From NCBI GenBank assembly GCA_002269645.1, contig NIVC01000230.1:682001-746000 (forward strand): 64,000 nt of DNA, read 5' to 3'. The first letter of the stretch is position 1; every line of letters starts with the position of its first letter. The notes under the pieces are model-generated. The model was not told the origin of the DNA and made no database searches. It saw nothing but the letters and a program-made list of their open reading frames with translations. Positions 48,298 to 61,666 of the stretch are shown in pieces. The position numbers and the translations under genes were made by a program. This DNA comes from Macrostomum lignano (taxonomy: Eukaryota).

Positions 48298-48925
48298 TGC
48301 CCTCCTTCATACCTTCCGATCCCCTTCAGCGGGTATTACCCTCCTTCATACCCTCCGATCCCTTCAGCGGGTATTACCCTCCTTCATACCCTCCGGTCCC
48401 TGCAGCGGGTATACCCTCCTTCATACCCTCCGATCCCTTCAGCGGGTATACCCTCCTTCATACCCTCCGATCTCCTTCAGCGGGTATTGCCCTCCTTCAT
48501 ACCCTCCGATCCCTTCAGCGGGTATTACCCTCCTTCATACCCTCCGATCCCTTCAGCGGGTATTACCCTCCTTCATACCCTCCGATCACTTCAGTGGGTA
48601 TTACCCTCCTTCATACCCTCCGATCCCTTCAGCGGGTATACCCTCCTTCATACCCTCTGATCCCTTCAGCGGGTATACCCTCCTTCATACCCTCCGATCC
48701 CTTCAGCGGGTATACCCTCCTTCATACCCTCTGATCCCTTCAGCGGGTATTACCCTCCTTCATACCCTCCGATCCCTTCAGCGGGTATTACCCTCCTTCA
48801 TACCCTCCCATCACTTCAGTGGGTATACCCTCCTTCATACCCTCTGATCCCTTCAGCGGGTATTGCCCTCCTTCATACCCTCCGATCCCTTCAGCGGGTA
48901 TACCCTCCTTCATACCCTCCGATCA
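48298..48925. repeat. 37-38-bp minisatellite
   Basis: CCCTCCTTCATACCCTCCGATCCCTTCAGCGGGTAT(T)A units. Confidence 0.95.
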
Positions 48926-49791
48926 TTGATTTTTTTCTGCTTAATTCCTACTTCAACTAATTGTGTTGGTTAATTTTTTTCGCTGCTTCAATTCGGTAAC
49001 TGGGTTTTTCTGTCGCATTTTTGCTTAACAACGGCACCCCCTCCAACCCATCCATTGGATGCGACCTCACACAACTCGGTAATGCTTTTATCCGTGCCAA
49101 GTGCCCCGCTGCTGTCCTTGTCATATTTAGCAGTCCTGGACTCCCGCGGTGTTCAGTGCGCTTGTTTTACAATCTGTCTACCCATATATCATCCGCTCTA
49201 CATTAACTATGACTCATTATAACCCGGCGTTGCGATATATTTTTTTTGAGTTTATTTTTTAACTTCTACGGCAAACTTTCATATACATGCATCCAACAGT
49301 GTATCGTGTGCCCGTGTGTCTTAACCCATTAATGATTTCACCTGTGCTTGTCCGACTGTTGAGAAGGTCTGGTCAATTTCCTTGTATAAATTATTAAAAT
49401 TGTTATTATTGTTTCTGTAAACTCGAATAATATTCATCCTATTAGCTATCTTTGTGATGAGGAATCTTTCGGTTAGCTTTATGTATTTTCTAGTTATTAA
49501 CAATTGTTGGGCGTAAATAGTTTCTATATTAATTACTGTATAATTAATTACCATCCTTAATTTTTGTACCTAGCAAGTCATTTGCAACTGTTGTAAAGTG
49601 TAATGCTGCTTAGTAACTGTATCAAAGGCTGGAATTAAAAATTAATAAATCGAATAACAGGCAATTGCTTGCATGCTAAGTTGCTACCAACTGAAGTTCC
49701 CAAATTTTTTTCTATTTAATTCGTAAGTTGACTGGTGACTTCCTCATTTTCAGCTTCCCGCGCTTCTGTCGCTGTTTGCTGATTGACTGGT

Positions 49792-49796
49792 CAGAC

Positions 49797-49892
<96 letters not shown>

Positions 49893-49935
49893 GACAGACA
49901 GACAGAAAGACAGACAGACAGACAGACAAACAGAG

Positions 49936-49966
<31 letters not shown>

Positions 49967-49967
49967 A

Positions 49968-49998
<31 letters not shown>

Positions 49999-50027
49999 AA
50001 GACAGACAGACAGACAGACAAACAGAG

Positions 50028-50082
<55 letters not shown>

Positions 50083-50083
50083 G

Positions 50084-50114
<31 letters not shown>

Positions 50115-50115
50115 A

Positions 50116-50166
<51 letters not shown>

Positions 50167-50208
50167 TAGACTGACAGACAGAGAGATAGACAGACAGACA
50201 GACAGACA
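49792..50208. repeat. (AGAC)n microsatellite
   Basis: Direct inspection. Confidence 0.97.
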
Positions 50209-50442
50209 GTCTTTTTTGTCTATCTGTCTCTGTCAGAGAGAGACCAAGGAACTTGACTATTTTTTAGTTATTGCTTGTTTACATGAACTAGTTGCATTAA
50301 TTTGCATTTAAATGTCACTGTTCCAAAATCAGGCAGGAGCATGTCTTGCTTTCCCTCCAGTAAATGTGACCTGGCCAGAATTTTAATATCGTTGGCTGGT
50401 CTATTAGCAGCATAAATCAGTAATTCAGAATTCGTTGTTCAG

Positions 50443-50890
50443 TACTCAGTGAGCAGTCTCATAACTGGCTCTGTCACTCAGTGAGCAGTCTCATAACTGG
50501 CTCTGTCAGTCACTCAGTGAGCAGTTTCATAACTGGCTCTGTCAGTCACTCAGTGAGCAGTTTCATAACTGGCTCTGTCAGTCACTCAGTGAGCAGTCTC
50601 ATAACTGGCTCTGTCTGTCACTCAGTGAGCAGTCTCATAACTGGCTCTGTCAGTCACTCAGTGAGCAGTCTCATAACTGGCTCTGTCAGTCACTCAGTGA
50701 GCAGTCTCATAACTGGCTCTGTCAGTCACTCAGTGAGCAGTCTCATAACTGGCTCTGTCTGTCACTCAGTGAGCAGTCTCATAACTGGCTCTGTCAGTCA
50801 CTCAGTGAGCAGTTTCATAACTGGCTCTGTCAGTCACTCAGTGAGCAGTCTCATAACTGGCTCTGTCACTCAGTGAGCAGTCTCATAACT
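50443..50890. repeat. 36-bp minisatellite
   Basis: CAGTGAGCAGTCTCATAACTGGCTCTGTCAGTCACT units. Confidence 0.95.
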
Positions 50891-51804
50891 AGTTTGTTTT
50901 TACTTTGTCTCTATCCAGCTTGGATTAAGTTTTTTGTGTTAATTGTTTCTATAGTTTTTAAACCTCCGAGGACACCCACAGCTGTTCATTGTTAATTAAT
51001 TATTTATGAGCATCATGGTCTCAGTTCCGTGAGTGTGTGTTAAACTGCATCCACTTTCTAGTAATAAATAATAGAGAAGTTATTGTCGTCAACTGTCGGA
51101 GCAATTAAAGTTTAGCATTGCTATTGTATTATATTGGCTGTTATGTCGCCAAGCTTCAATATTTAGAGTTCAAGTTCGCATCAATTTCGTGAGCGCGCGC
51201 CTCTCCTGGGACACGATCGGAATGGGAGAGAAAAGTGCTGCATTGCAATTACAGATCCCTAGCTGTTCGTTTGTTCTCTCGATAAAATATTAACGCGTGT
51301 AGCTTCAATGTGGAGAAATGGCTCATGTGTGCGGGGACCAGCGTCTATTGATTGATTTAAACATGCGAGTCTTTCGTGTGTGGGACAGGGTGTTTGCCAG
51401 GCAATTGCTGCATTTTATGTTCTGAACCTGTGTCTCTATTTTTCACTCTCTATACTCGACAGGTCTTCGGCGGCTCTGATGCGTGAGCACTTGAAAGGCT
51501 CTGCCGCAGAGCTATAATCTCCGATAGCATGTCTGCCCGGCCAATGGCATCAGCTGGGGCAACTGGCATGCCATACTGCTATAATAGCTGGGCTGCTGGG
51601 TATCGGGGTTGGGACTGCGTACCCAGTTGTCGATTCTCGAAGCTATACGATCGTCGGGTTCTGTCTGTCCTATAAAGGAAATCAATTGTTATTTTTCACT
51701 AGAAGCTCTGTAAGCCGGCTTTGAACGGTAAAAATCTGGATAATTGATTGAGACCCTGTAATCTTCTCTAAGCTTTAGGCCACTCTAACCTAAACTTATT
51801 GCAG

Positions 51805-52289
51805 CTTGACCCTAATGTTTCCCTAACCCTACTGTTGCCCTAACCCTAATGTAGCCTTAACCCTACTGTTGCCCTAACCCTACTGTTGCCCTAACCCTAC
51901 TGTTGCCCTAACCCTACTGTTGCCCTAACCCTACTGTTGCCCTAACCCTAATGTAGCCTTAACCCTACTGTTGCCCTAACCCTACTGTTGCCCTAACCCT
52001 ACTGTTTCCCTAACCCTACTGTTTCCCTAACCCTACTGTTGCCCTAACCCTACTGTTGCCCTAACCCTACTGTTGCCCTAACCCTAATGTAGCCTTAACC
52101 CTACTGTTGCCCTAATCCTAATGTAGCCTTAACCCTACTGTTGCCCTAACCCTAATGTTGCCCTAACCCTAATGTAGCCCTAACCCTAATGTAGCCCTAA
52201 CCCTAATGTAGCCCTAACCCTAATGTAGCCCTAACCCTAATGTAGCCCTAACCCTAATGTAGCCCTAACCCTAATGTAGCCCTAACCCT
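51805..52289. repeat. 17-bp minisatellite containing telomeric CCCTAA motifs
   Basis: CCCTAACCCTACTGTTG units grading into CCCTAACCCTAATGTAG units. Confidence 0.93.
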
Positions 52290-52389
52290 TCTGTTCAAGC
52301 CCCCGCTTAGTCAACCAACAACTTCATCGCAGTAGAAACATTTTTTCCGCATTCTGTTCGCCTCAGGAAATTAGCCCAGCACCCGCGGC

Positions 52390-52731
52390 ATGTCCTCAGC
52401 AGCGCTGCGTCACCTCTTCGCCCTGAGCCTGGCCGTCTGCGGCCTCGCCCTGCTAATGATGACGTCATCGACAACGTCGTCCGCGGCATTTGCGGCTCCG
52501 ACATCCAGGCGGCAGCAGCGGAGCGGCCTGCTGGACCATCGGTACGTGACCTTCAAGAAGAAAAGCGACCGCGCCTACAACAGCGACATCGACCGGATGC
52601 TGTCGATAAAGCGAAACAGAGGCGGCGGCGACTTCGACAAGCTGATGAAGCAGCTGGAGATGCTGAATTCGAATGGAGCGCCGCCGAATTTCGATTCGAT
52701 GATTTTCCGACTGAGAAGGGGAAAAAACTGA
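52390..52731 (+). CDS. Putative neuropeptide / secreted peptide prohormone, 113 aa, single exon
   Basis: GC-rich ORF in AT-rich surroundings; hydrophobic N-terminal signal-like segment (LFALSLAVCGLALLMM); basic cleavage sites RR, KKK, KR; C-terminal RRG-K. Confidence 0.72.
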   Translation: MSSAALRHLFALSLAVCGLALLMMTSSTTSSAAFAAPTSRRQQRSGLLDHRYVTFKKKSDRAYNSDIDRMLSIKRNRGGGDFDKLMKQLEMLNSNGAPPNFDSMIFRLRRGKN

Positions 52732-54238
52732 CCGATGAAGCATTATTGAGCTGCTCATGGGCAAGACTTGGATGATAAAAGACTCGAACTGCATGTACAC
52801 TCTGTAGCTGCAACCCAATATTCTGCAGCTGTTGAAAACCATCGTTTGATTCTAAAAAAACAGCAACAAATTCTGGTGGTTTGAATTTCGATCATTAATA
52901 AAATATTAATGCAGTTGATAATTATTAACAGTATGTTTTTGATTTTCCATTTTTTTACTATAATAGACAGCTGGGTTTCCATGCGCGCGAGCGGGTTTTT
53001 CTGAACTCACTGCTGTTTTTGTGACTCGCCATTTATCTTGATTAGTGAATATCCTTGATATTTGCCTTCGTAAAAATAGCTGACAAGGTAAATGCATAGC
53101 ACGGGCGTAGTATCTAGTAGTCCGCCATGCTGCTCTTGCTTATCCAGAAGAAGCGGATGGCAATTCAATTTGAGGCGGCGCTATCGGGACACGCAAACCC
53201 GCAATTCGATATATTTGTTTGGACTAATCGAGAATATTTATTGTATAAGATTTATTGGTGTGTGCGTGTGTGTGTGTGTAGCTGCATGAATTAAATGGCA
53301 TTCAAGTGGTCTTGAAGACTGAGCACCATTGCATGAATACCTAGTCACTTTCAGTTGAGCATGCTTGAGTTGGAGAGAGAGAAAGAGAGATGCTGCTTTT
53401 GTCTCAAAAGATTTCATTTAATTAACTGCCTTATTGTTGAGTGCTCCTTTTATCCTTTTATTTTGGACGGTTTTCAGTCATGCGTGAAAATTGCCAATGC
53501 AATCCTCGTATATATGTATGTGTAATTAAATTGGACTTGAATACTTTCAGCTCCTTCAAGTATGCAATCGCTTCCTGCAGATAGGCGAGTTGCCAGTTGA
53601 GAGCACTCTAAAATCGGCTCTCTTCTGGATCAGTTCTAATCGGTTGAGACCATGTGTTACATGTACACATCATAAACATGTAGATGGTTCATACATGTAA
53701 CATGTACATGTAATGTGTACCCTCATGTACTTGACATGTGCACATTGTACATTGGAAATTAAATTACGCTGAACAAAGTTACAATTCATTCATAGTGTAT
53801 GTATATGCACTAGCTATTTATTGAACTAGTTGGGTTTATTTATGCATTGTTCATTTAATTGTGTCGAACTGTGTCGAACATAGCATGTAAATATCGAATC
53901 GTGCGCGTGAAAAAAAACTGTACATATGTATAGAATTGGTAAATTCAATTTGCATTGATCCGGAGCGGGAACAGGTACAATACATGGGCGTGTACTGCGC
54001 TGCAGTGCACTTGTACATGCATTTCTCAAGGACGACTTAATTAATGTTACACGTAATCGTCCTTAAGCCATGCTTAATTATAATTAGTAGTCCTTGATGT
54101 TTTTTATCTTCAGTACATAACTTTCTATTTCCTACAGTTTTATTTCTTCTTTTAAAAAATTACACATTAGCATTAGCATCTCACAATTTTCCGTACAATT
54201 TTATTGAATACGGACGTAAAGCATTCTATATATCACAA

Positions 54239-54360
54239 TATACTAAATCTCTAAGGTTTGACCGGTATTCCAGTCTACAGCCTGAATGCCTGAACCGATT
54301 TTTTTCAAACTTGCTTTATTCAACTCAATCTAAATATACTAAATCTCTAAGGTTTGTATG
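54239..54360 (+). mobile_element. Helitron-like 5' core fragment (duplicated)
   Basis: TATACTAAATCTCTAAGGTTTG occurs twice, plus CTGAACCGATTTTTTTCAAACTTG; matches the motifs at 3437-3455 and 12040-12070 (reverse). Confidence 0.5.
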
Positions 54361-55081
54361 CTTGTACTATACTATATCCGCCCTGAATAAAACAATGAAA
54401 GTCTATAATTAGCTACTGAAATTTAGCTGCGTCAGTAAATAAATTTATACTTTGATTGTATAATTTCCGCTTAATTTAAAGTTCATTTAATTTTAAACAG
54501 CTTAGCTATTTGCTTCCCTCGCGAATAAACTGGACATCTAATGAGTTCATCATCTTTATATGAACTGTTCTATAAATACGAAATTTGTAATTCCAACTTT
54601 CCTCGAAAGAAATCAGTTAAAAATGAATCACGTGTGTTTTTATCTCTTGCTTTTGACAACGGCCTGTGGAATGTTATTTACCTTTCTACCGAGAATTTCA
54701 GCCCAGCTTTGGAAATTTTCAGTAAGTTATTGACCTAAATATATTTCAATGAAGCCATTTTCATTGCTAATAAGGGGCTCAAAAGTTTTTAAGTTAGGCC
54801 AAAGTTTAGGCGTAGGCCTAACAAACGTTTGACAAGCCAAACAAAGATTCACATAAAAGTATTTCTTCCCCTTTAGTAACCGACATTGATGAACAATTAA
54901 AATATTAAAAGAATTCATTTCAGCTAGGGCCTATATAGAATTGAGAACAGATTCAGACAACTGGAATATAGCACAAAATTTAGTTGTAAAATTGTTATTA
55001 CTCATCAGCAGTTGTAGTGTCTTGTGTTTTAGTTGGTTGCTTGGGTCGGTTCCATAATGAACATCAGTAATCTATATTATA

Positions 55082-55690
55082 CACTCAGCAACAGTCAACA
55101 GAGCAACAGAGAGGCGACTTCTCTCTCACCTCAACGGCAAGTGACGTAACTTGCGCCACAGCGTGGCTAAAGCTGGGTGAGAGTGAATGCAGGAGAAGGC
55201 AATCAGGGGATGCCTTATCTGCTTCTTTCACCCCACATTAGATGGAGCAAGGTGGCTGGCACAGCACAGTTGGAGTTCGCCTGACAATCTGCAGCAGACG
55301 TCGATTTGCCTTGGCTTTTGAGCTGCGGAGATCATGGCGCTGGCTGCCTATGGCTGCGTGCTAAACACTACCAGTATCTTGGGACTTAGTTAACAGCACT
55401 CGAATTTTCAATTGTTGAACATGATCGGCTGCACGTGATGGATGCACCAGCTTCTAGCATGCCAACAGTGCGCCATTGTTCAGCATCTGTCATATGCCTG
55501 ACCATTGTCACGTGTACAGTGAATTGAATGTTGCACCCCCAACCCCAACCCTAGTCCCTTTTGTACTCTCACCCTGGAATTCACTCATACCCAGCTTTAG
55601 CCACGCTGTGGTGCAAGTTATGTCACTTGCAGTTGAGGTGAGAGAGAAGTCGCCTCTTGGTAGGGTGGTAGTTTTGACTGTTGCTGAGTG
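55082..55690. mobile_element. Tc1/mariner-type MITE, 609 bp, long imperfect TIRs
   Basis: Termini CACTCAGCAACAGTCAA / TTGACTGTTGCTGAGTG; inverted arms extend about 115 bp; TA flanks at 55080-55081 and 55691-55692. Confidence 0.88.
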
Positions 55691-57479
55691 TATGTATGCC
55701 TGTCTTGTGTCTTCCCTTAAGAAAATGCTTGTGTTGTATGACTACTTCACTGATTTGGCGTAAATGAGAGTTGCATGCAGTTATTGCAAATTGTAGTAGT
55801 TTTTTTAGTCAAATAGAAGATAGAATTAGAAATGGAAAGCTAAAAAAGAAAGTTGTTTTCGCATATTAGCGCCTTTTTCTCTATGACAAAAAAGAAATTT
55901 GTTCCTACAATTTTTTTCTTATCCTGCGATAATTTCTTTGGTTGCTGTAGGCCTAGTGGCAACACTGATACCATGTATGCGCATTGTTTAGTTGGAGAAG
56001 CATGTTATAGAATATTATAGAAAATAGAAATATGCTACAATACTTCATTATGACATTAGCCTATAATATAGTGAATATGCTATAGTATTAAGCTTTCACT
56101 AATAAGCACTAATAAGCAAGACACCAATGCGACGCAAATATAGGCCTACGTGTATAGGCTTAGGCATATTAATACTTAGCCCAATAATATATATTCTAGG
56201 CCTATACCTACATATACAATGGAATCAACCATAGGTGTTAGAATGTTTCAAAAAGTAGGGGCCAGACAACTGTTGATGATGCTAACACTCACAGTCTACT
56301 TTGGCCATAGTTTGGAACAGTCAATATGTACCACAGAAAAATGATCAATTTTTTTGTGTATGGCAATGTACACTGAATAGTGAATATATATATTACCTTA
56401 GCAAAGCTTCAACTTGTCAATTTTGTAATGGTACTACTAGACTAGTGATTTTGATATTGAATTTCAATTAGATAAATTTAAAAGATAAAAAAATTATTAA
56501 TATATTTATGATGTTTCATATATATAAAGAAAAAAACAAAATTCAATAATTTTTGTTAAAATTTTAAACCATTACCTTGTAAAAATATGAAAATCAGTTT
56601 AGCATTAATAGTTGTTAAATTTTACAAGTATAATGCATGGGCAACTATTATTAATAATATGTTTTTAATTTTTTTGTGCAAGTCACACCAAAATATTATA
56701 CATGTACACCAAAGACCAAAAGCCTAAAATCACTTTTTGTATGCCAACATATATGCCAAATTTCTTGAGTGTACCCTAGAAATTCCCAGTGTATATGCCT
56801 TCTTCCAGACTATAGTACTTTGGTTATAGCCACTTCAGTACCAGCCATTTTGGTAACAAAATGTAGAAAAAATGCCAAGAAGGGATTATAGAGCTATTTA
56901 AAAGATTTCTTCACTGATATAATTGCATTAACTAATATATACTGAGCTGATATATTAGCTTTATTAGAATAATAGTTACCTAGAAAATGGCTTAGGCCTA
57001 TGCTAAAGCAGTTAATAGAATACTAGGCTATATATATGTTATATATTTTGTGGCTATGATATAATCATACCTTACAATTTAAACTTTTACTTAATTTAAA
57101 ATTGGCAAATTTCAAAAAATTGTCAACATTTTAAACAAAGTAGATACTGCTTTTAAACTATGGTGAATACACTTATACCTCATTAACAAAAATGAAATCC
57201 CTTTCAATCACGTAAAAATCATTAATCTAATTGTCAGTTAGGGCCTATCTCAGATACTTCTTAGACAAAATTTTATTAGATAAAACAAACTAGAGTCTGC
57301 TGAGCATATCTATACATACTATATCTATATTTTTATAAACAGGAGTCAATGGAATATATAGAATTGCTTTATAGTAATTTTAGGATAGTTTTATCAAAGG
57401 TATTGTATGAAGGTAAGATACTTAAGGGTATAGACATTGAAATTATATAAAAATTTTGGTTTATGGAAATCAGTCTCAC

Positions 57480-58015
57480 CTGAAGTCATAGCTAAGTATG
57501 CCAGTCCCACCTGAAGCCAAAGCTAAGTATGCCAGTCCCACCTGAAGCCATAGATAAGTATGCCAGTCCCCCTTGAAGCCATAGATAAGTATGCCAGTCC
57601 CCCTTGAAGCCATAGATAAGTATGCCAGTCCCACCTGAAGCCAAAGCTAAGTATGCCAGTCCCACCTGAAGCCATAGATAAGTATGCCAGTCCCCCTTGA
57701 AGCCATAGATAAGTATGCCAGTCCCCCTTGAAGCCATAGATAAGTATGCCAGTCCCACCTGAAGCCAAAGCTAAGTATGCCAGTCCTACCTGAAGCCATA
57801 GATAAGTATGCCAGTCCCCCTTGAAGCCATAGATAAGTATGCCAGTCCCACCTGAAGCCATAGCTAAGTATGCCAGTCCCACCTGAAGCCATAGATACGT
57901 ATGCCAGTCCCACCTGAAGCCATAGCTAAGTATGCCAGTCCTACCTGAAGCCATAGATACGTATGCCAGTCCCACCTGAAGCCATAGCTAAGTATGCCAG
58001 TCCCACCTGAAGCCA
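57480..58015. repeat. 31-bp minisatellite upstream of TP53I3
   Basis: GCTAAGTATGCCAGTCCCACCTGAAGCCATA units. Confidence 0.95.
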
Positions 58016-58188
58016 TAAAAAAATCCTGTTACACGAAAATTGAAAAAATGCTCGTACTGTAAAAAAGATTTCAGCTCTTAATAAAATACAGCGTAACTAA
58101 ATTGCATGGATAGCTTAGATGTGTCGATAATGGCAGTTCGAATTCCATTGTCAATCCGCAGTCGGCCTCAGGTGCCAGAAGTCTGTCA

Positions 58189-59989
58189 ATGCGGGCTGTG
58201 CTAGTTGACAAACCGGGACCACCCGACGAGTCCATGCGACTCGCTCATGACGTGCCAGTGCCGCAGGCGGCGCCAGGTGAACTGCTAATCCAGGTAGCCT
58301 ACACGGGACTGAACCGAGCCGACCTGTTGCAGAGAATGGGTCGATACAATCCGCCGAAAGGTGCTTCCAACATCATGGGATTGGAGGTGTCAGGTCTGGT
58401 CAAACAGGTTGGCCCAGGCAATGTCGGTATGGCTTCGAGATTTCGACCCGGCGATCGGGTTATGGCGCTGCTTGCTGGCGGTGGCTACGCAGACTATGTT
58501 AATGTGTCCGCCGAGTTGGTGAGTCCGAGGATTACGAAATTGAGCACTCTGGTTGCTATGCTAAGTGCTTTCAATTACTTGCCTAGGAACTATAGTTCCT
58601 GTGGTTGCTAGGGGCTATAGTTCCTGTGGTTGCTAGGGGCTATAGTTCCTGTGGTTGCTAGGGGCTATAGTTCCTGTGGTTGCTAGGGGCTATAGTTCCT
58701 GTGGTTGCTAGGGGCTATAGTTCCTGTGGTTGCTAGGGGCTATAGTTCCTGTGGTTGCTAGGGGCTATAGTTCCTGTGGTTGCTAGGGCCTATACCGGTA
58801 GCTAGGGCCAACTGGTCTCATCTCTTGCCGCCTACTCAATTGTCGTCAGGCAATCCGCATTCCTGACAGCATGTCGCTGAGAGACGCCGGCGCCCTGCCC
58901 GAGGCCTGGCTGACTGCCTATCAGCTGCTGTCGTTCGTTGGCAGCATTCGAAGCGGCGAACGAGTCCTGGTGCACGCCGGCGCCAGCGGTGTCGGCACTG
59001 CGGCGCTGCAGCTGGCTAAACAGCTGTTTGGCGCGGTGCCCTTCGCTACAGCCGGCTCGGCTGAAAAGTGCAGCCTGGCGGTCAGGCTGGGAGCCGAGCG
59101 CTGCTTTAACTATCGGGAGCAGCCGGACTGGCCAGCCGAGCTGCTGAGCGCAACCTCATCAGCCGGGGTCAATGTCCTGCTTGACTGTGTCGGCGCAGCG
59201 CATCTTGGCGCCAATGCGCGCGTCCTGGCCACCGACGCTCGCTGGGTGCTGTACGGACTGATGGGCGGGGCGGACCTGCCGCCAGAGCAGGCCAGCAGCT
59301 TTCTTGGCGCTTTGCTGAGCAAACGGGCCAGTCTGATTGCCACTCTGCTCAGGAATCGGCCGGATGAGGTGAGCTCAACTGCTAATATTGTCTGTTGAGT
59401 AGGTCTTGGGGGTTGGAGCAGGGTCTCTATACCAGTGCCAGGGTCTCTAGACCAGTGCCAGGGTCTCTATACCAGTGCCAGGGTCTCTACACCAGTGCCA
59501 GGGTCTCTACACCAGTGCCAGGGTCTCTACACCAGTGCCAGGGTCTCTACACCAGTGCCAGGGTCTCTACACCAGTGCCAGGGTCTCTACACCAGTGCCA
59601 GGGTCTCTACACCAGTGCCAGGGTCTCTACACCAGTGCCAGGGTCTCTATACTAGTACCAGTGCCAGTATCCCCAGACCAGTGCCAGTATCCCCAGACCA
59701 GTGCCAGTATCGGTAGTCTGGCTGGTTGGGCAGCTGTCGCCGGCAACCACACGACCCCAATCTGTGTCCAACTTGACCGTTGCAGTACAAGGCTCGCCTG
59801 GTGTCCGAATTCGCCGAACGGGCGATGCCGCTGTTCGAGTCCGGCCGCCTCAGGCCAGTCATCGACTCGGAGTTTCCCTTCGCCCAGGTGGCTGCCGCTC
59901 ACACCAAAATGCAGTCCAACGCCAATTTGGGAAAAATCTTGCTAGCCGTCAATCCTCAGTTGGAGTTGGAGAAACGACAGGAGCTGTAG
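58189..59989 (+). CDS. TP53I3: PIG3-like NAD(P)H:quinone oxidoreductase (zeta-crystallin/MDR family), 3 exons, 350 aa
   Basis: Exons 58189-58518, 58850-59368, 59786-59989 (all phase 0). Motifs LNRADLLQRMGRYNPPKGASNIMGLE, ALPEAWLTAYQLL, VLVHAGASGVG and NANLGKILL. Confidence 0.9.
58585..58790. repeat. 25-bp minisatellite in TP53I3 intron 1
   Basis: GCTAGGGGCTATAGTTCCTGTGGTT units. Confidence 0.95.
59420..59710. repeat. 20-bp minisatellite in TP53I3 intron 2
   Basis: GGGTCTCTACACCAGTGCCA units. Confidence 0.95.
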
Positions 59990-60261
59990 ATTGTCATTAG
60001 GCTGTACTCGTAGTTTGTCATTAGGCTTAGTTTGTCATTAAGCTGTAGTTTCACGATCAAATGTCGCTCATAGCTTGTTTAAATGCTCTTTTAATCTCCC
60101 TGTTTCATGACTTACGTAATGATGCTTACAATTGCAGGCTGATGAAATTGAAAATAAATTAATGCACGTACAATTGATGTGCATCTTTTTTCGATTCGGA
60201 TAAAATATGCTTATAAAATTAAAGCTGCTTTTCATATTCTTAAAATTCTGACTACTTTTAC

Positions 60262-60826
60262 TGACACTCTTCACAGTGCCTTTCTGACACTCCTCACAGT
60301 GTCTTTCTGACACTCCTCACGGTGCCTTTCTGACACTCCTCACAGTGCCTTTCTGACACTCCTCACAGTGCCTTTCTGACACTCTTCACAGTGCCTTTCT
60401 GACACTCCTCACAGTGTCTTTCTGACACTCCTCACGGTGCCTTTCTGACACTCCTCACAGTGCCTTTCTGACACTCCTCACAGTGCCTTTCTGACACTCT
60501 TCACAGTGCCTTTCTGACACTCCTCACAATGTCTTTCTGACACTACTCACAGTGTCCTTCTGACACTCCTCACGGTGTCTTTCTGACACTCCTCACGGTG
60601 TCTTTCTGACACTCCTCACAATGTCTTTCTGACCCTCCTCACAGTGCCTTTCTGACACTCTTCACAGTGTCTTTCTGACACTCCTCACAGTGCCTTTCTG
60701 ACACTCCTCACAGTGTCCGTCTGACACTCCTCACGGTGTCTTTCTGACACTCCTCACAATGTCTTTCTGACACTCCTCACGGTGTCTTTCTGACACTCCT
60801 CACAGTGCATGTCTTTCTGACACTGA
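60262..60826. repeat. 23-bp minisatellite downstream of TP53I3
   Basis: TTTCTGACACTCCTCACAGTGCC units. Confidence 0.95.
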
Positions 60827-61666
60827 CAGCCATAAGTGAGTACTGTATATTTGGCTTTATTACATGTAATTGAGGTAGGATGAGGTAAGCCTGGTAGGGG
60901 ATGGCGTTGCTGATAAGAATGTAGCCTAGGGAGCTGAGTCGAGTTTAGACAGTGGAAGAGTATTAACGCATGGAAAGATGTCACACACACAGACACACAG
61001 AGAGAAAGAAAGTGAGAGCCAATCAGAATGAAGCAAGGGCTAGACAAGAGAAACGAGGGCTAGCCACGTTGAACAGACAACGGCAGGGAGTAGAAGTGCA
61101 GGCAAGAGGACAAAACGCGTAAATAATTTTTATGGATGGTTACACGATGACATTCTTTAGGGCTAGAAATTTGCAAGGATTTCTGTAAAAACATGCTACG
61201 CCAGAGTTTTAAAAAGACCTGAGTGGAGCGGGTGCCTGATTAGGTAGACTTGCGATATATGCGATAGTTTTATGACAGTGGGGATGGCTATTGGGGAGGC
61301 TGATCCAAAAAGGGGCTCCGCTCCTATCGATGATGAATTTTTTTAATTAGTTGCAGCACCTACCAGTCCCCCAATCGTACCTCCTGTAGGTTTGTAGCCA
61401 AATTAACTGAGATATCTATCAGATACGAACTAGCAGTAGTTATTTATTATAGCAAAATTATTAATTAAATTTTGAGTTGACAAATGCGAGGTGGTCAAAA
61501 TTTTGGCCTACAGCCACGCCAGGTCATCGCGGGTGCCCATTAGCTACCAGTTGTGGAGAGGAGGCGCACGGCCATGCAAATAGCCAGAGATATTTGAGTA
61601 TACTTATACTCATTAAACGCGCCACGACTTCCTAGATATCCCCAACTCCAGCAGTTTAAACAGCGC

